A program made the position numbers and the translations under genes. A stretch of 63,971 nt of DNA, the filler included, from Craspedostauros australis (Eukaryota): NCBI GenBank assembly GCA_030167865.1. It is 18 parts of 18 records of this genome, joined end to end, with 100 filler letters (N's around TTAATTAATTAA, not from the genome) between each part and the next. Parts side by side here need not be neighbours in the genome. Positions count along the whole stretch, not along the records: positions 9,960 to 12,090 come from JALAGF010002911.1; positions 12,191 to 16,892 come from JALAGF010002912.1; positions 16,993 to 21,729 come from JALAGF010002913.1; positions 21,830 to 22,982 come from JALAGF010002915.1; positions 23,083 to 34,291 come from JALAGF010002916.1; 13 more parts are not named here. One strand, given 5' to 3'. Under the pieces are notes generated by a model. It made no database searches and was not told the DNA's origin. It saw only the letters and a list, made by a program, of their open reading frames with translations. Numbering within the stretch: the first letter of the stretch is position 1; each line of letters starts with the position of its first letter. Positions 11,464 through 23,355 of the stretch are shown here, one piece after another.

Positions 11464-12090
11464 ATGCCTCTCTCCACCACCGCCAAGGCCAAGGATGCCA
11501 ACCCCTCCCCCTGTAAGAAACCGCGTTCTACTTACCCTGTATCTGCTCCTCCTGTTGACTCCAAGGGAAACTTGCTCCCTACCGCGGAGCAACTGTTGCC
11601 TGACAAGCCGTCCGCTGTGTTGAGGAAGCCAACCACCATCACGCAAGTGATCGATGTGAAGCCGATGCATGCAGCAGATGGCGGCCTCGTCCCGAACAGT
11701 ACGGATGTGCATGCTCGCGAGCTGCACGTGTTCGTACACATCCTCGATGACAACGGAGGTGTCTACGACAACTCCAACGTCAGGGTGCGCTCGGAAGGAC
11801 AAGGTGTCGGGGATGGAACAGCAGTGAGCGTTATTGTGAACGCGCCACCCCCTGCTGTGCCTGATGTTGCTCCGCCTGTCGAGCCTACCCCGCCAGCGAG
11901 GCTTCCCCGGCGCTGCAATACTGTTGTTGCTGGTGGCTATGCAGATGCCTCTGGCGATAGCGACAGCACATACAACGACAACGGCAAGAAGGAACGGGCG
12001 CGTGCAAGCAGGAACAGGAGAGGAGGTCAGTTCGGGTACGATCTGGAAGAGGCGGGAAACTGGAGGCGGCCTGCTGTGATTCGTGTGATG
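11464..12090 (+). CDS. Hypothetical Pro/Val-rich protein, 3'-partial
   Basis: ATG-initiated ORF open to the contig end; no recognisable domain. Confidence 0.35.
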
Positions 12091-12190
12091 NNNNNNNNNN
12101 NNNNNNNNNNNNNNNNNNNNNNNNNNNNNNNNNNTTAATTAATTAANNNNNNNNNNNNNNNNNNNNNNNNNNNNNNNNNNNNNNNNNNNN

Positions 12191-13257
12191 AAGCATGCGC
12201 CGTTCTGGACGACCACATCTCCGTATGAGCGATATCCCACTCCTTCGCAAGAACGTGAGCTGGTGCACGCTACTTCACCAACGAAGGTGACTCCTGTGAT
12301 GACGGGATCGGGATCGTTCTGGTTCATGGACTCGCAAGCACTCACACCAGTGCACGAAGACTCAAGGATGAGGGGGTTGGGTCCCATGTCCTTGCATGCG
12401 TTGTCGCCGGTGCATGCAGTGAGAGCCACGGTAATGAATGGCTGTGATGGAGAGGAAGGGGAGAGAGGAGCGGCCAAGGTGCATCCTGATGTTCCTTGGC
12501 AGCATGCATCGGCGATGGGTGGTGTCTGCGTCATCCCGATCGTCCTGCACGCTTCCTTGATTTGATCTGGCCGTTCTGTGATGAGGGCTGTTCCAATATC
12601 GGCCATCAGCGTGAGTTGGTCAGCGAGCTCTGCGTTCATGGCGAATCTGTTGAAGAGTTTGCGTGCCGCTCCTTCTCCCACGTTGCCTGCACATGCGAAG
12701 TAGTTTTGCAGGTCGGCGGATCTCCTGACGGCGGTCACGGCTGTGCGGCATGATTCCTTGGTGGCGTCACACATGATGAGCTTGATGCGGCTTTCATCGG
12801 GAGTGAGGACGGTGGCGCCGTCCGGTCTGCACATGACGAAGATCAACGAATCGAAGTCGAACGGAGCGGCGGATGGGTTGGAGGTCGGCGGGGAGGTCGG
12901 AGAAGATGACGCGGTGTGGGTAGGAGCGCCGGTAGGCATGTGTGTGGGCATTTGGGTCGGCATGGCCGTGGGCAAAGGAGGCGGGTTGAAGATGGCAGTC
13001 TTGGATGTCTTGGCGATGACGATCGGCGGGATGGTCGTCTTTGAAGTCTTTCCACCACCACCGCCTGGAGTGGGATTGGAATTGCCGAAGACTGCCGTCT
13101 TGAGTGCACGAGTGCCTTGCATCGTGTCATACGACTCCGTTTGATCCGTGGCCTGGAAACGCTTTCCTTCGCCCAGTTTGGCTTCGGTTGTCGCAAAGGA
13201 GGCGAAGAGGACGAAGATAGTCACCGCGATGGCTGCCTTGGAGGGAAAGCTGATCAT
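12191..13257 (-). CDS. Secreted protein: signal peptide, Pro/Thr linker, Cys-rich C-x4/5-C repeats; 3'-partial (copy 1)
   Basis: MISFPSKAAIAVTIFVLFASFATTEA; PTAMPTQMPTHMPTGAPT; ACTGDNAC, SCTGVSAC and ACTSSRSC repeats. Confidence 0.75.
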
Positions 13258-14160
13258 TGTTGGGTTGACTTCGCACTCGTGGTACGGTACGTGTGTTTTC
13301 CTTCTGATTGTCGTGTCGTGTGCTTGTACTTGGGCTGTGCTTTGTTGTGCTGCGATTGTGGAGGATGGCAGGACTGTGTAATGATGGAGACGAGATGAGA
13401 AGTATGTACTCTATTGCACAAGTGTGGCAGTGTGGTAGTGTTGTTGTTGGCGGATGATTGCGGATAGCACAGAAGTGCAGCAGCGCGATCGTGATGCAAT
13501 CCGTTCCCGTCACTCCTGATACCTTGTTGGCTTGCTCAGTTGCTTAGTTGGTTGGTTGATTGTAGCCTTGCTGAGATTATGAGAAGAGTCACACCTGCGA
13601 TCGCAGAGCTCTGGTGTTGTTTCGGAGGGTACGGGCAGCGTGCATTCTGCTTGTACTCGTTCCTGTAGTGTGTGTTGGCATTCCGCTCCGCCTATGTGAT
13701 GTGGCGAAGTGAGTTGTGTTTTCGCTTGTGCAAACTGAAAAGATGACCATAGAGGACCACAACACGTTGAGTTGTGCTACGTTGTGCTGTGTTGCAGCGC
13801 GACGTTGCGTGGTGAGGAGTAGTACGATTGTCGATCTGGTGGGAGACGTTGTGGTTACTGGTTAACATCAAAAATGACTCTCGGCGGTGTGGAACTCGTG
13901 CCTTGAGAGGAAACGCCTCGCCAACTTTCACTGACTTCGATGTCTTTTGAGCTGCTCTGATCGCTCGATTGTTGACATTCATTCCGAAGTCTCAACAAAA
14001 GTCAACGGCCAACGAAAAGACCCACTCTCCGCACTCATCGATGTCAACAGATAACGCAATTTCGCCATCCGTGGAGGTTCTCACCAAACGGATGCAAAAG
14101 CTCGTACAGTATGAGGATTGAATTTCTTTTCCCCGGTGCACACCAAGGTGCTTTCTGACT
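12191..14160. repeat. ~2-kb segment duplicated at 16993-~18970 (allelic haplotig or recent duplication)
   Basis: Both contigs start at the same base (aagcatgcgccgttc), are co-linear with SNPs and small indels, and diverge after ~14160/18975. Confidence 0.9.
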
Positions 14161-14218
14161 GCTGGTGACATATCACTGGTTGACACAGCCGACCCATACG
14201 ACTTCAGGGCACCATCCG

Positions 14219-15016
14219 GGACACCCGGCAAACAGCAACGGAAACGGAAATTCGACACCCAAAAATGATTTTGTCACCCAGGCACACCCAATAATTTGTC
14301 CAGAATGTGTGTGTTGACATCGTTTCTAGTCTTGCGGGACTATAAAAGGACAGAACCAGAGTATCGATCAAGTTTGTCATTCTTTTCTTCTAAGTCGACC
14401 ATTTGAGAAAAAATTCAGCAACGGCAAGCAATGACTTAACGGACTCCATCGGACAAAGTTGAACACGAGGACAAATCCGGCCAGTCCCTGACAAATCCGG
14501 ACAGATCCGGACATCTCCGACTACATGGAATAGTAGTTGTACACGGTTAGTGTGGTGGCTTGTCCGGATTTGTCCCGATTTGTCAGGGACTGTCCGGATT
14601 TGTCCTCATGTTCGACTATGTCCGATAGTTTATTCTCCGTTAATGGAAATTGCGCATTTCAAGGAATTTCTCGCTGAGTTGTCGTGTTTGAATAATTCAT
14701 ACACAATTCGATCATCGCGCTGATTTTCTCTTGATTTAGTCCTGCAAGACTCCAGAACATGTAATTTTCGGAATTCTGGACAAATTATTGGGTGTCCCAG
14801 GTACGAGAAAGCCACACTCGACATTCCGTCGTTGACAAGGAACGAGTCGTCTTTCGAAGAACTGCGTACGACAGCCTGTTGGTCCCAGTTCGGAGAAATA
14901 CAACGGGACACCAATGCCGCTTGCATGCTTGATCGAATCCCGTCAATACCGATGACACGAAGATCCAATATCAACGAGGTGCAGATCGCAGTTGATGCAC
15001 TTGCGATAACACTAGT
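14219..15016 (+). mobile_element. Outer Harbinger-type non-autonomous element (related to 31548-32224), interrupted by a MITE; right end not found
   Basis: Starts CCG|GGACACCCGGCAAA. 14219-14281 joined to 14801-14960 aligns with the reverse complement of 31980-32224. Confidence 0.7.
14282..14797. mobile_element. Complete 516-bp MITE, PIF/Harbinger-type
   Basis: 25-bp TIR G(C/G)ACACCCAATAATTTGTCCAGAAT with 1 mismatch; CAG on both sides (14279-81, 14798-800); internal inverted TCCGGACA-type repeats. Confidence 0.9.
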
Positions 15017-15648
15017 GCCCCAAAGAGCCAGACCAAAAATTGGCGATTTTTGGCTACGATTGGCTACAGTTGGCTACAGATTTTGGATCCATTTTTCCCG
15101 ATCTCGGACTTAAAGTTGTAGACACTCAATCGAATATCTCCTTACATCTACGTAAACTTAAGACTCAGGGCTATCCAGGAAAGCAATAACATTATCTTGT
15201 TGTTACTACTATCTCGTCGATCTTAATGTGTTTATTGATCCCCTTGGTGTGGTTTTGCTGTCGATCGACGGACAGACCGGATGTTTTTTGGATATCGTTG
15301 GCTACAGTTGGCTACAAGTAGGATTCTACAGGGGTCCGGTAGGATCTTGCCTCTTTTTTCGAGAAATTCGACCCTCCATCTTTGAATTCTCCGAACTTAG
15401 CGGTCTTTGGCTCAATCTGTACAATAGATATCATTTCAGATTCCTCTCTCCGAGGCGGTCACGATAATATGATCTATACATTGTTGTATTGCTATGGTGT
15501 GTTGGTATGCTCGCATTTAGTGCTCCCATGACAATCGGAATGCTTTTTGACCACTCGGATCCACTCTCGGAAGCATGTCTGAAAATTAATTTCCGTTATT
15601 CGCGTCATCATGACGTCATGAGGAGGACGTAGCAACACGACTGCGACC

Positions 15649-16674
15649 ATGGCAACAGCAACAGATGCAACACCAACAACAGGTGCAGCACCAGCTTTTC
15701 CCTACCCCAACCGACATCGCCCTCCTCTCTATCTACTCTCCACTGAAGATCGCACCATGAAGATCCGCCCTGGAACCCACGTATCGAGCCCCTGTGGATC
15801 TCTTGTGACCTCTGGGAACAGCAAGGGCAAGGTTCGAAGCATTCTGTATGGTGTTGTCCTCAAATCTCTCCCCAAGAATCACTGGGTTGTGCACTGGCGT
15901 TCCATCAACACAGTGTGTGAACATGCAGGCACCAAGCTGACTTTGCTTGACAAGACACGAGTCGAATTGGACAGCAGCTGTATTGAAGAGCTCATCCGTG
16001 CGCAGAGTGTTGGGAGGGGATTGTCGGAACTAAACAAGCACTACAAGACGTTGCAGTACCACAACCTCTGCCGCAACACATCCACGTTCAGCAACGCCTC
16101 TTATTCACACCACACCAACGTCTTATCCCCAGGGAACAGCGCCTCAACCAGTCATGGTGCGGACACGGACGTCCCCAACCAAAATACAGATGAGTCCGAG
16201 ACAGGAATCTTGATGAACAACAAGAATGATGCAGCAGATGACACCCATGGAACCTATGACTCCAGCACAGGCGATTTGCTCACTGGAGACGAATTCAACT
16301 ACATCATGCAACGTGAAGAAGAGTCCCCAGGATACATGCACATGGAGGAGAAGAACCAATTGATGGATACAACAGTCCTGGTTGGCAAGCAAAAGAACGC
16401 ACAGTCATGGACGGTGGTGGATGACAAATCAGTTGAACAGTGTGACGAAGAGCCTCAAGCTGAGCTTGGCGTCGCAGGTTTCGACTTCGACAAGAAATGC
16501 TCGCAAGACGACACCAATCGTGACCGCATCAACCTCCTGGGACTGGTGCAACATCTATGGCCTGGCAATTGGAAACGACAAGTTGACGCTCTCAACAGGT
16601 GTATCATGGCAGGCGCAATTGATGTTGGCGGCAGGCGGAACAATGACCCCATGTCTGTAATAGAGCTAAACTAG
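15649..16674 (+). pseudogene. Probable N-terminal part of a piggyBac-like transposase, truncated before the DDD core
   Basis: 341-aa ORF ending LGVAGFDF...INLLGLVQHLWPGNWKRQVDALN, resembling the pre-catalytic region of piggyBac-like proteins (recalled similarity). Upstream TTGGCTACAG repeats at 15050-15090 and 15298-15318. Confidence 0.45.
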
Positions 16675-16992
16675 TAACCACCTTAGCGAGAGAGACTACG
16701 AATCCTCCGACTCGTCAGCATTCCAGTAGATCGAACGGACACTTCGCCAAACCCCACGTTTGGAGACAGATCCGGAACCTTGAAGCGGATCTTCGGAATT
16801 CGTGTCAAGGAACCAATGGGGTTCCGATAACCAAGTTTCTGACACCCACCATCGCCAAAACGCCGACGCACGGAACCAAAGCCACAACAACGNNNNNNNN
16901 NNNNNNNNNNNNNNNNNNNNNNNNNNNNNNNNNNNNTTAATTAATTAANNNNNNNNNNNNNNNNNNNNNNNNNNNNNNNNNNNNNNNNNNNN

Positions 16993-18059
16993 AAGCATGC
17001 GCCGTTCTGGACGACCACATCTCCGTATGAGCGATATCCCACTCCTTCGCAAGAACGTGAGCTGGTGCACGCTACTTCACCAACGAAGGTGACTCCTGTG
17101 ATGACGGGATCGGGATCGTTCTGGTTCATGGACTCGCAAGCACTCACACCAGTGCACGAAGACTCAAGGATGAGGGGGTTGGGTCCCATGTCCTTGCATG
17201 CGTTGTCGCCGGTGCATGCAGTGAGAGCCACGGTAATGAATGGCTGTGATGGAGAGGAAGGGGAGAGAGGAGCGGCCAAGGTGCATCCTGATGTTCCTTG
17301 GCAGCATGCATCGGCGATGGGTGGTGTCTGCGTCATCCCGATCGTCCTGCACGCTTCCTTGATTTGATCTGGCCGTTCTGTGATGAGGGCTGTTCCAATA
17401 TCGGCCATCAGCGTGAGTTGGTCAGCGAGCTCTGCGTTCATGGCGAATCTGTTGAAGAGTTTGCGTGCCGCTCCTTCTCCCACGTTGCCTGCACATGCGA
17501 AGTAGTTTTGCAGGTCGGCGGATCTCCTGACGGCGGTCACGGCTGTGCGGCATGATTCCTTGGTGGCGTCACACATGATGAGCTTGATGCGGCTTTCATC
17601 GGGAGTGAGGACGGTGGCGCCGTCTGGTCTGCACATGACGAAGATCAACGAATCGAAGTCGAACGGAGCGGCGGATGGGTTGAAGGTCGGCGGGGAGGTC
17701 GGTGAAGATGACGCGGTGTGGGTAGGAGCGCTGGTAGGCATGTGTGTGGGCATTTGGGTCGGCATGGCCGTGGGCAAAGGAGGCGGGTTGAAGATGGCAG
17801 TCTTGGGTGTCTTGGCGATGACGATCGGCGGGATGGTCGTCTTTGAAGTCTTTCCACCACCACCGCCTGGAGTGGGATTAGAATTGCCGAAGACTGCCGT
17901 CTTGAGTGCACGAGTGCCTTGCATCGTGTCATACGACTCCGTTTGATCCGTGGCCTGGACACGCTTTCCTTCGCCCAGTTTGGCTTCGGTCGTCGCAAAG
18001 GAGGCGAAGAGGACGAAGATAGTCACCGCGATGGGTGCCTTGGAGGGAAAGCTGATCAT
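16993..18059 (-). CDS. Secreted Pro/Thr + Cys-rich protein, 3'-partial (copy 2)
   Basis: Differs from copy 1 at 5 amino acids, all in the N-terminal third. Confidence 0.75.
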
Positions 18060-19791
18060 TGTTGGGTTGACCTCGCACTCGTGGTACGGTACGTGTGTTT
18101 TCCTTCTGATTGTCGTGTCTTGTGCTTGTACTTGGGCTGTGCTTTGTTGTGCTGCGATTGTGGAGGATGGCAGGACTGTGTAATGATGGAGACGAGATGA
18201 GAAGTATGTACTCTATTGCGCGATTGTGGCAGTGTAGTTGTTGGCGAATGATTGCGGATAGCACAGAAGTGCAGCAGCGCGATCGTGATGCAATCCGTTC
18301 CCGTCACGCCTGATACCTTGTTGGCTTGCTCAGTTGCTTAGTTGGTTGGTTGGTTTTGTGGCCTTGCCGAGATTATGAGAAGAGTCAGACCTGCGATCGC
18401 AGAGCTCTGGTGTTGTTTCGGAGGGTACGGGCAGTGTGCATTCTGCTTGTACTCGTTCCTGTAGTGTGTGTTGGCATTCCGCTCCGCCTATTTGATGTGG
18501 CGAAGTGAGTTGTGTTTTCGCTTGTGCAAATTGAAAAGATGAGCACAGAGGACCACAACACGTTGAGTTGTGCTGCGTTGTGCTGTGTTGCAGCGCGACG
18601 TTGCGTGGTGAGGAGTAGTACGATTGCCGATCTGGTGGGAGATGTTGTGGTGACTGGTCCACATCGGGAATGACTGTCGGCGATGTGGAACTCGTGCCTT
18701 GAGAGGAAACGCCTCGCCAACTTTCACTGACTTCGGTGCCTTTTGAGCTGCTCTGATCGCTCGATTGTTGACATTCATTCCCAAGTCTCAACAAAAGTCA
18801 ATGGCCAACGAAAAGACCCACTCTCCGCACTCATCGATGTCAACAGATAACGCCATTTCGCCATCCGTGGAGGTTCTCACCAAACGGATGCAAAAGCTCG
18901 TACAGTATGGTACATAAAGTGAGGACTAAATTTCTTTTCCACCAGTGCGCACCAAGTGCTTTCTTACGGCTGGTGCGTAAGCAGGTCACTGAAGCATCGT
19001 TCGTGTTCACCATTCCGGATGAGACACACGAGAAAGTCAGAGACTGAAAGAACAAACAATTTCCAACACACGAACGACATGACATTTCCCAAACGTTATC
19101 AGTTTTCTATCATAGAGTTAATAATGACTCTCTTTGCGAAAACTCGATAAGCAATGCAGGAACTCACGACATTCTGGACAAACAACGAGCATTCTCCATC
19201 GTCTTTACACTTTCGATGGGATTGGTGGTCCGTTTTTCAGTCATCGCGGCAGATCATCACGCAGCAGCTCGAATTCCGCGATTGCGACCGCGGAATGCCT
19301 GGGATGTGGAATTGTGTTCCGGATTGTCATCTGCACAACAACTGTCGGAGTGGAGCTATTCCAAGTGAGCAAGCAATGATCAAGCGGTCGATGGCAGCAG
19401 TAATAGAACTATTCTCTTGCTCCATCTCCATGACGTCGCGCGCGACCGAGCTATGGAGCATTGGCGTTGTTCGAGAGCAAAGTACGAGGCACATGTACTC
19501 TGTGCTATTCCCTCTTCACACGCAGCCTGTCATCGCAATCAGACAAGGCAAGGTCTCCAGAAGTACTCGATTCTTACCCAATCGCGAATCTTCACAATGC
19601 TGCAGTGATGTGGACTGTTAACTTGATCAAAGCAGCTTGGAATCAATGATTTCCAAATCTGCTCACAGGGTACCGCCAGATTGCCTCCACTTGACGGATA
19701 CACTTCGTCCTCCTCGTTGTCCTCCTCCAACGGCAGCTGGGATATCTCCTCTTTGTCATGCTGCTCGTCTTTCGCATCGCAATCAATGGCA

Positions 19792-21561
19792 TCAATCCCC
19801 AAAAATGAATGAAGGAACTGCTTTGAACCATCCTGGCAGTCTTGCATTCGTGCATTTCCATTTGCAGAGGCCGGCCGCACCGATTGTGCCGTACACCGCC
19901 ACGATGACGAAGATTGCCGCCTCCAATTGCTGCGAAGTCAGCTTGCTCTTGAACAGGGTGGCATTGTCCGTACCATCCACGATCAGACCCAAGATTCCCA
20001 AACAGAACACAAGCCGGCTATTCACGACAACACCAACCCATGTCGTTGATGGAAAGACCATCAAGCATCCGTGCGTCCAGCTTTCGACTGCCCTCACAGT
20101 GAAGCTATCAAGTGTGTGCCTGCCCCACCGACTTGCCACCTCAAAGTGCCTTGCAACCGATGTCACGTCCCGAGCAAGGAGGGAGAGGCAGACGAAGTGT
20201 ACACTCCACCATAATGACGCATTGGTGACCCTCGTTAGTTGTGCCAGTTGGAAGATAGAGACGAACAACCACATGTTGCGAATGTGCGTATCTCCATCCA
20301 AGAAGTCCGAGACAGTGCTGAATCGTCCCACAGCGACGAACGCCCAGAAGCCAGTGATTGTAAGTGTGATCCCAATGACGAATGCGACCGACAAGGATGG
20401 CTCTGATTATTTGTACCAGAGACGAGCGCTGACAATGGTAATGGGAGTGTGACACACAATGCAATCCCTGGTGATCTGGAACGTTGGATGTCATTGACCC
20501 ACCTTGTCCCATCTTCATTCGTTCGACTATCCCTGTGTCCACGAGAGCCGCAATTGACTGGCGAATTAACAGGTGTATCGTTGATCATCGAGAGTTGGCT
20601 CCACTTGGTCGTTTCCTTTGTATCGACATCCATGGACACGGCTGCATATCCCTCGAGCTTGAATTGATGCGATGCATGGAAAGTGCCTTCACCATACAAA
20701 TCATTGATCAATTGCATATCCTTCATGTCCTTGAACATCATCTGTGGCATCGCTGCTGTGCACCATAATGCACCATCGATCGGCTGGAGCATCCGCGGGC
20801 GACTCGCGATCTAGCCTCTGCTTGGAAGCTCCGCAGTGCCCGCAGACAAATACAACCCCAATCGCTGGTTATCATCTCGCCCTTCCTGATTTGCCTGGAA
20901 ACATACATCATTCGCAGCGATAGGGACAATGTTGCCTGCGTCGCGATATTCGTCAAGGACACGATGTCGCTCTTCGTCGCCGAGGAACCCCATTGGGTGC
21001 ATCTTCCCTATGAGTCCTTGCCGGGATCCTCATCAAGCCACATTTTTGCACCAGGCACGTACGTCGCCATTGTCCCGTCTGGCAGCGGCACGCGGTACGG
21101 ATTTGTGCTACACCTGCTAGAGCGCTTCTCCTCCTTTGCCTTGGCGTGCCATTCCCTGACTGTGTCTAACAGGAAACTGGTGTGGTCAGTCTCCCCAACG
21201 TAGCGATCTCCCACGCCGCCGCCCATCGAGCTGGAAGAGGAATCTGACTAAGGATGTAGTGGATCGTAACCCGTGTCGGATGGTAGATGAGAGATGCCGG
21301 AGGACATCCGACGGAGAAGACAGCGAGAAAGTACATGAGAATGTGTGCCACAGCGCAGTGGATCTTGGTGTTGCATGATTCTGGCCATGCCTTCTTGGCG
21401 GAGAATGGATTGACTGCACAGCTGTTGCCATCGCTGTCGACATCACTGTCTCCGCCATCGTCATCGTCGTCGTCGCTATGATTGTTGTATCTTGTTTGAT
21501 CCCTGCCAATGCCTTTTATCGCGATGGTGATAGTACTTGCCTTGCGACTGGAACAAGGCAC
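19792..21561 (-). pseudogene. Fragmented multi-pass membrane protein gene (pseudogene or intron-split)
   Basis: Chain of coding-like minus-strand ORFs (21166-21561, 21008-21226, 20811-21002, 20235-20792, 19792-20394) with an in-frame TAG at 20811 and frame changes. The last piece has several hydrophobic segments. Confidence 0.35.
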
Positions 21562-21829
21562 GATGATGCACCAGAGCAGCAGAAAGCAAGTGGCCAGTAC
21601 CGCCCAGCCGGTCCCGCATCATTCCATATCGGCCTGTCCCGCGGACCATCCCAGAAAGGCGATGATGAAGCCATTGAAGGTGATGCTGCAGAACCAGCAG
21701 GAACAACGAATCAAGTTGCAAGGTGTGTANNNNNNNNNNNNNNNNNNNNNNNNNNNNNNNNNNNNNNNNNNNNTTAATTAATTAANNNNNNNNNNNNNNN
21801 NNNNNNNNNNNNNNNNNNNNNNNNNNNNN

Positions 21830-22982
21830 AGTCTCAGCAGGAGTCTGGGATGAGGGTTTCGCTCGTTTCCTTCCTTGGCTCGATTGGATATCTTTGCTTG
21901 TTTGCACTGCTGATGGAGTCTTGCGCTTCCCTCCTTTCCTGTCNGGTTGCTTCGCACTCCACTCAGTGTAANCCGCCTTGGTCTTCCTTGTCCATGATCT
22001 GTTGCTTCCGTGGAGCATTCGGAAACATGTGTTGCTTGCAATGATTCGTTCGTTCGCCTTCTTTCGTAGATTTGACATTGAGATGCTGGTATGCACTCCA
22101 TTTGCCTTTCCCCATCTCTTGTGATTTGCAGTGGGAGGCACGCAGGCGAAAAGGTGACACTGCATGCACATCCATTTCGTTACAACCCCACATATGACGC
22201 AGGGTTTCTTCACGTTTTCACAAAAGATGGGCTCATGGCTGCCTGTGCGGAGACGTCGTTCGAGCGCAACCATGGCGGGCGTTGGGGCAGCTGGATTCCC
22301 AGACAGCAGGTTCCGGATGCTCTTTCCGTCCCTCTCCTCGCCTTCAACAGTCGGTCTACCATCGTAGATTTGATTGTCTGTATCCGAATCTGTGTCTGCT
22401 GTCTTGTCGATGGCTCCCTGAATAAACCAGTTTCCGCGTTCGCTGTCATCAGATTCTCTTCTGTTGCTGCCAGCGGCTTGGGCGACGATGACTCCGAATG
22501 TCCTTCGCAATGTTTCCAACAAATCAGCAACACTGCTGCGATGATTCAGCATGTCACGGTAGGTCTGCAGCACCGTTGCGTTCTCCAGGTCTTTGTTTGT
22601 GTGGATATCGTCTGTGCAACAGTAGTGCATTAGCTTGTGCAGAAACAGAAGGATGACTTCCACAATCCGTACCACAGCTTGGCATTGGAAGGTTGCGAAT
22701 GGCGGCTGCACCTTGTGCTGCCTCATCATCCTGGTCATCAAATCAGAGCCGCCCTTGAATGAATTCCAACGGGCTACAAACGATGGAACCAAGGTGTGGA
22801 CCTTCGGCACCGGCATTGGTAGTTCCTGGCATGCCTTCCATATCATCAATTGGTGGAATACATCCTCTTCTGTCAATGCCGCAATGTGTCGCCCCCCAGT
22901 TGAGCCCCTGTGGGGGTTGCGTTTCGAATTCAGATACTTTCGCAGCGTCTTGCCTGACGCTGCCTCGCGGGACGCGGCAGTG
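21830..22982 (-). mobile_element. C-terminal part of a piggyBac-like transposase
   Basis: Frame open across the whole contig. RWNSFKGGSD matches the piggyBac YNxxKGGVD third-Asp motif, and there is a C-terminal Cys-rich domain CVIC-x7-CMQC-x4-C...CFRMLH. Confidence 0.7.
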
Positions 22983-23082
22983 NNNNNNNNNNNNNNNNNN
23001 NNNNNNNNNNNNNNNNNNNNNNNNNNTTAATTAATTAANNNNNNNNNNNNNNNNNNNNNNNNNNNNNNNNNNNNNNNNNNNN

Positions 23083-23243
23083 AATGGTGTCGTTTCCGAT
23101 GATACGATCAAGCAATACTTGGAGCAGGCGTTGAAGCACTACCACGCATGGGGATGCCTGTTGAAGATCAACCTCATCTGCCACTCTCGATCCCGATACG
23201 TCAAGAGTTGGCACCCAGAGAAGATACAACAGTCGCAGACACC
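23083..23243 (+). CDS. C-terminal fragment of another ATPase-TPR-family-like gene
   Basis: Manual translation NGVVSDDTIKQYLEQALKHYHAWGCLLK resembles the HFDEAMRLYKEWGADGK tail of 2864-6157. Confidence 0.4.
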
Positions 23244-23355
23244 ATATATATATATATCACACGGATTATAACTGTTAAGTCATGCGCCGGGGGCGCTTTG
23301 ATTCCGCCTCATTTATTCTACGTGTCGGCACGCAGCGGGAACGGATGCATGTGTG

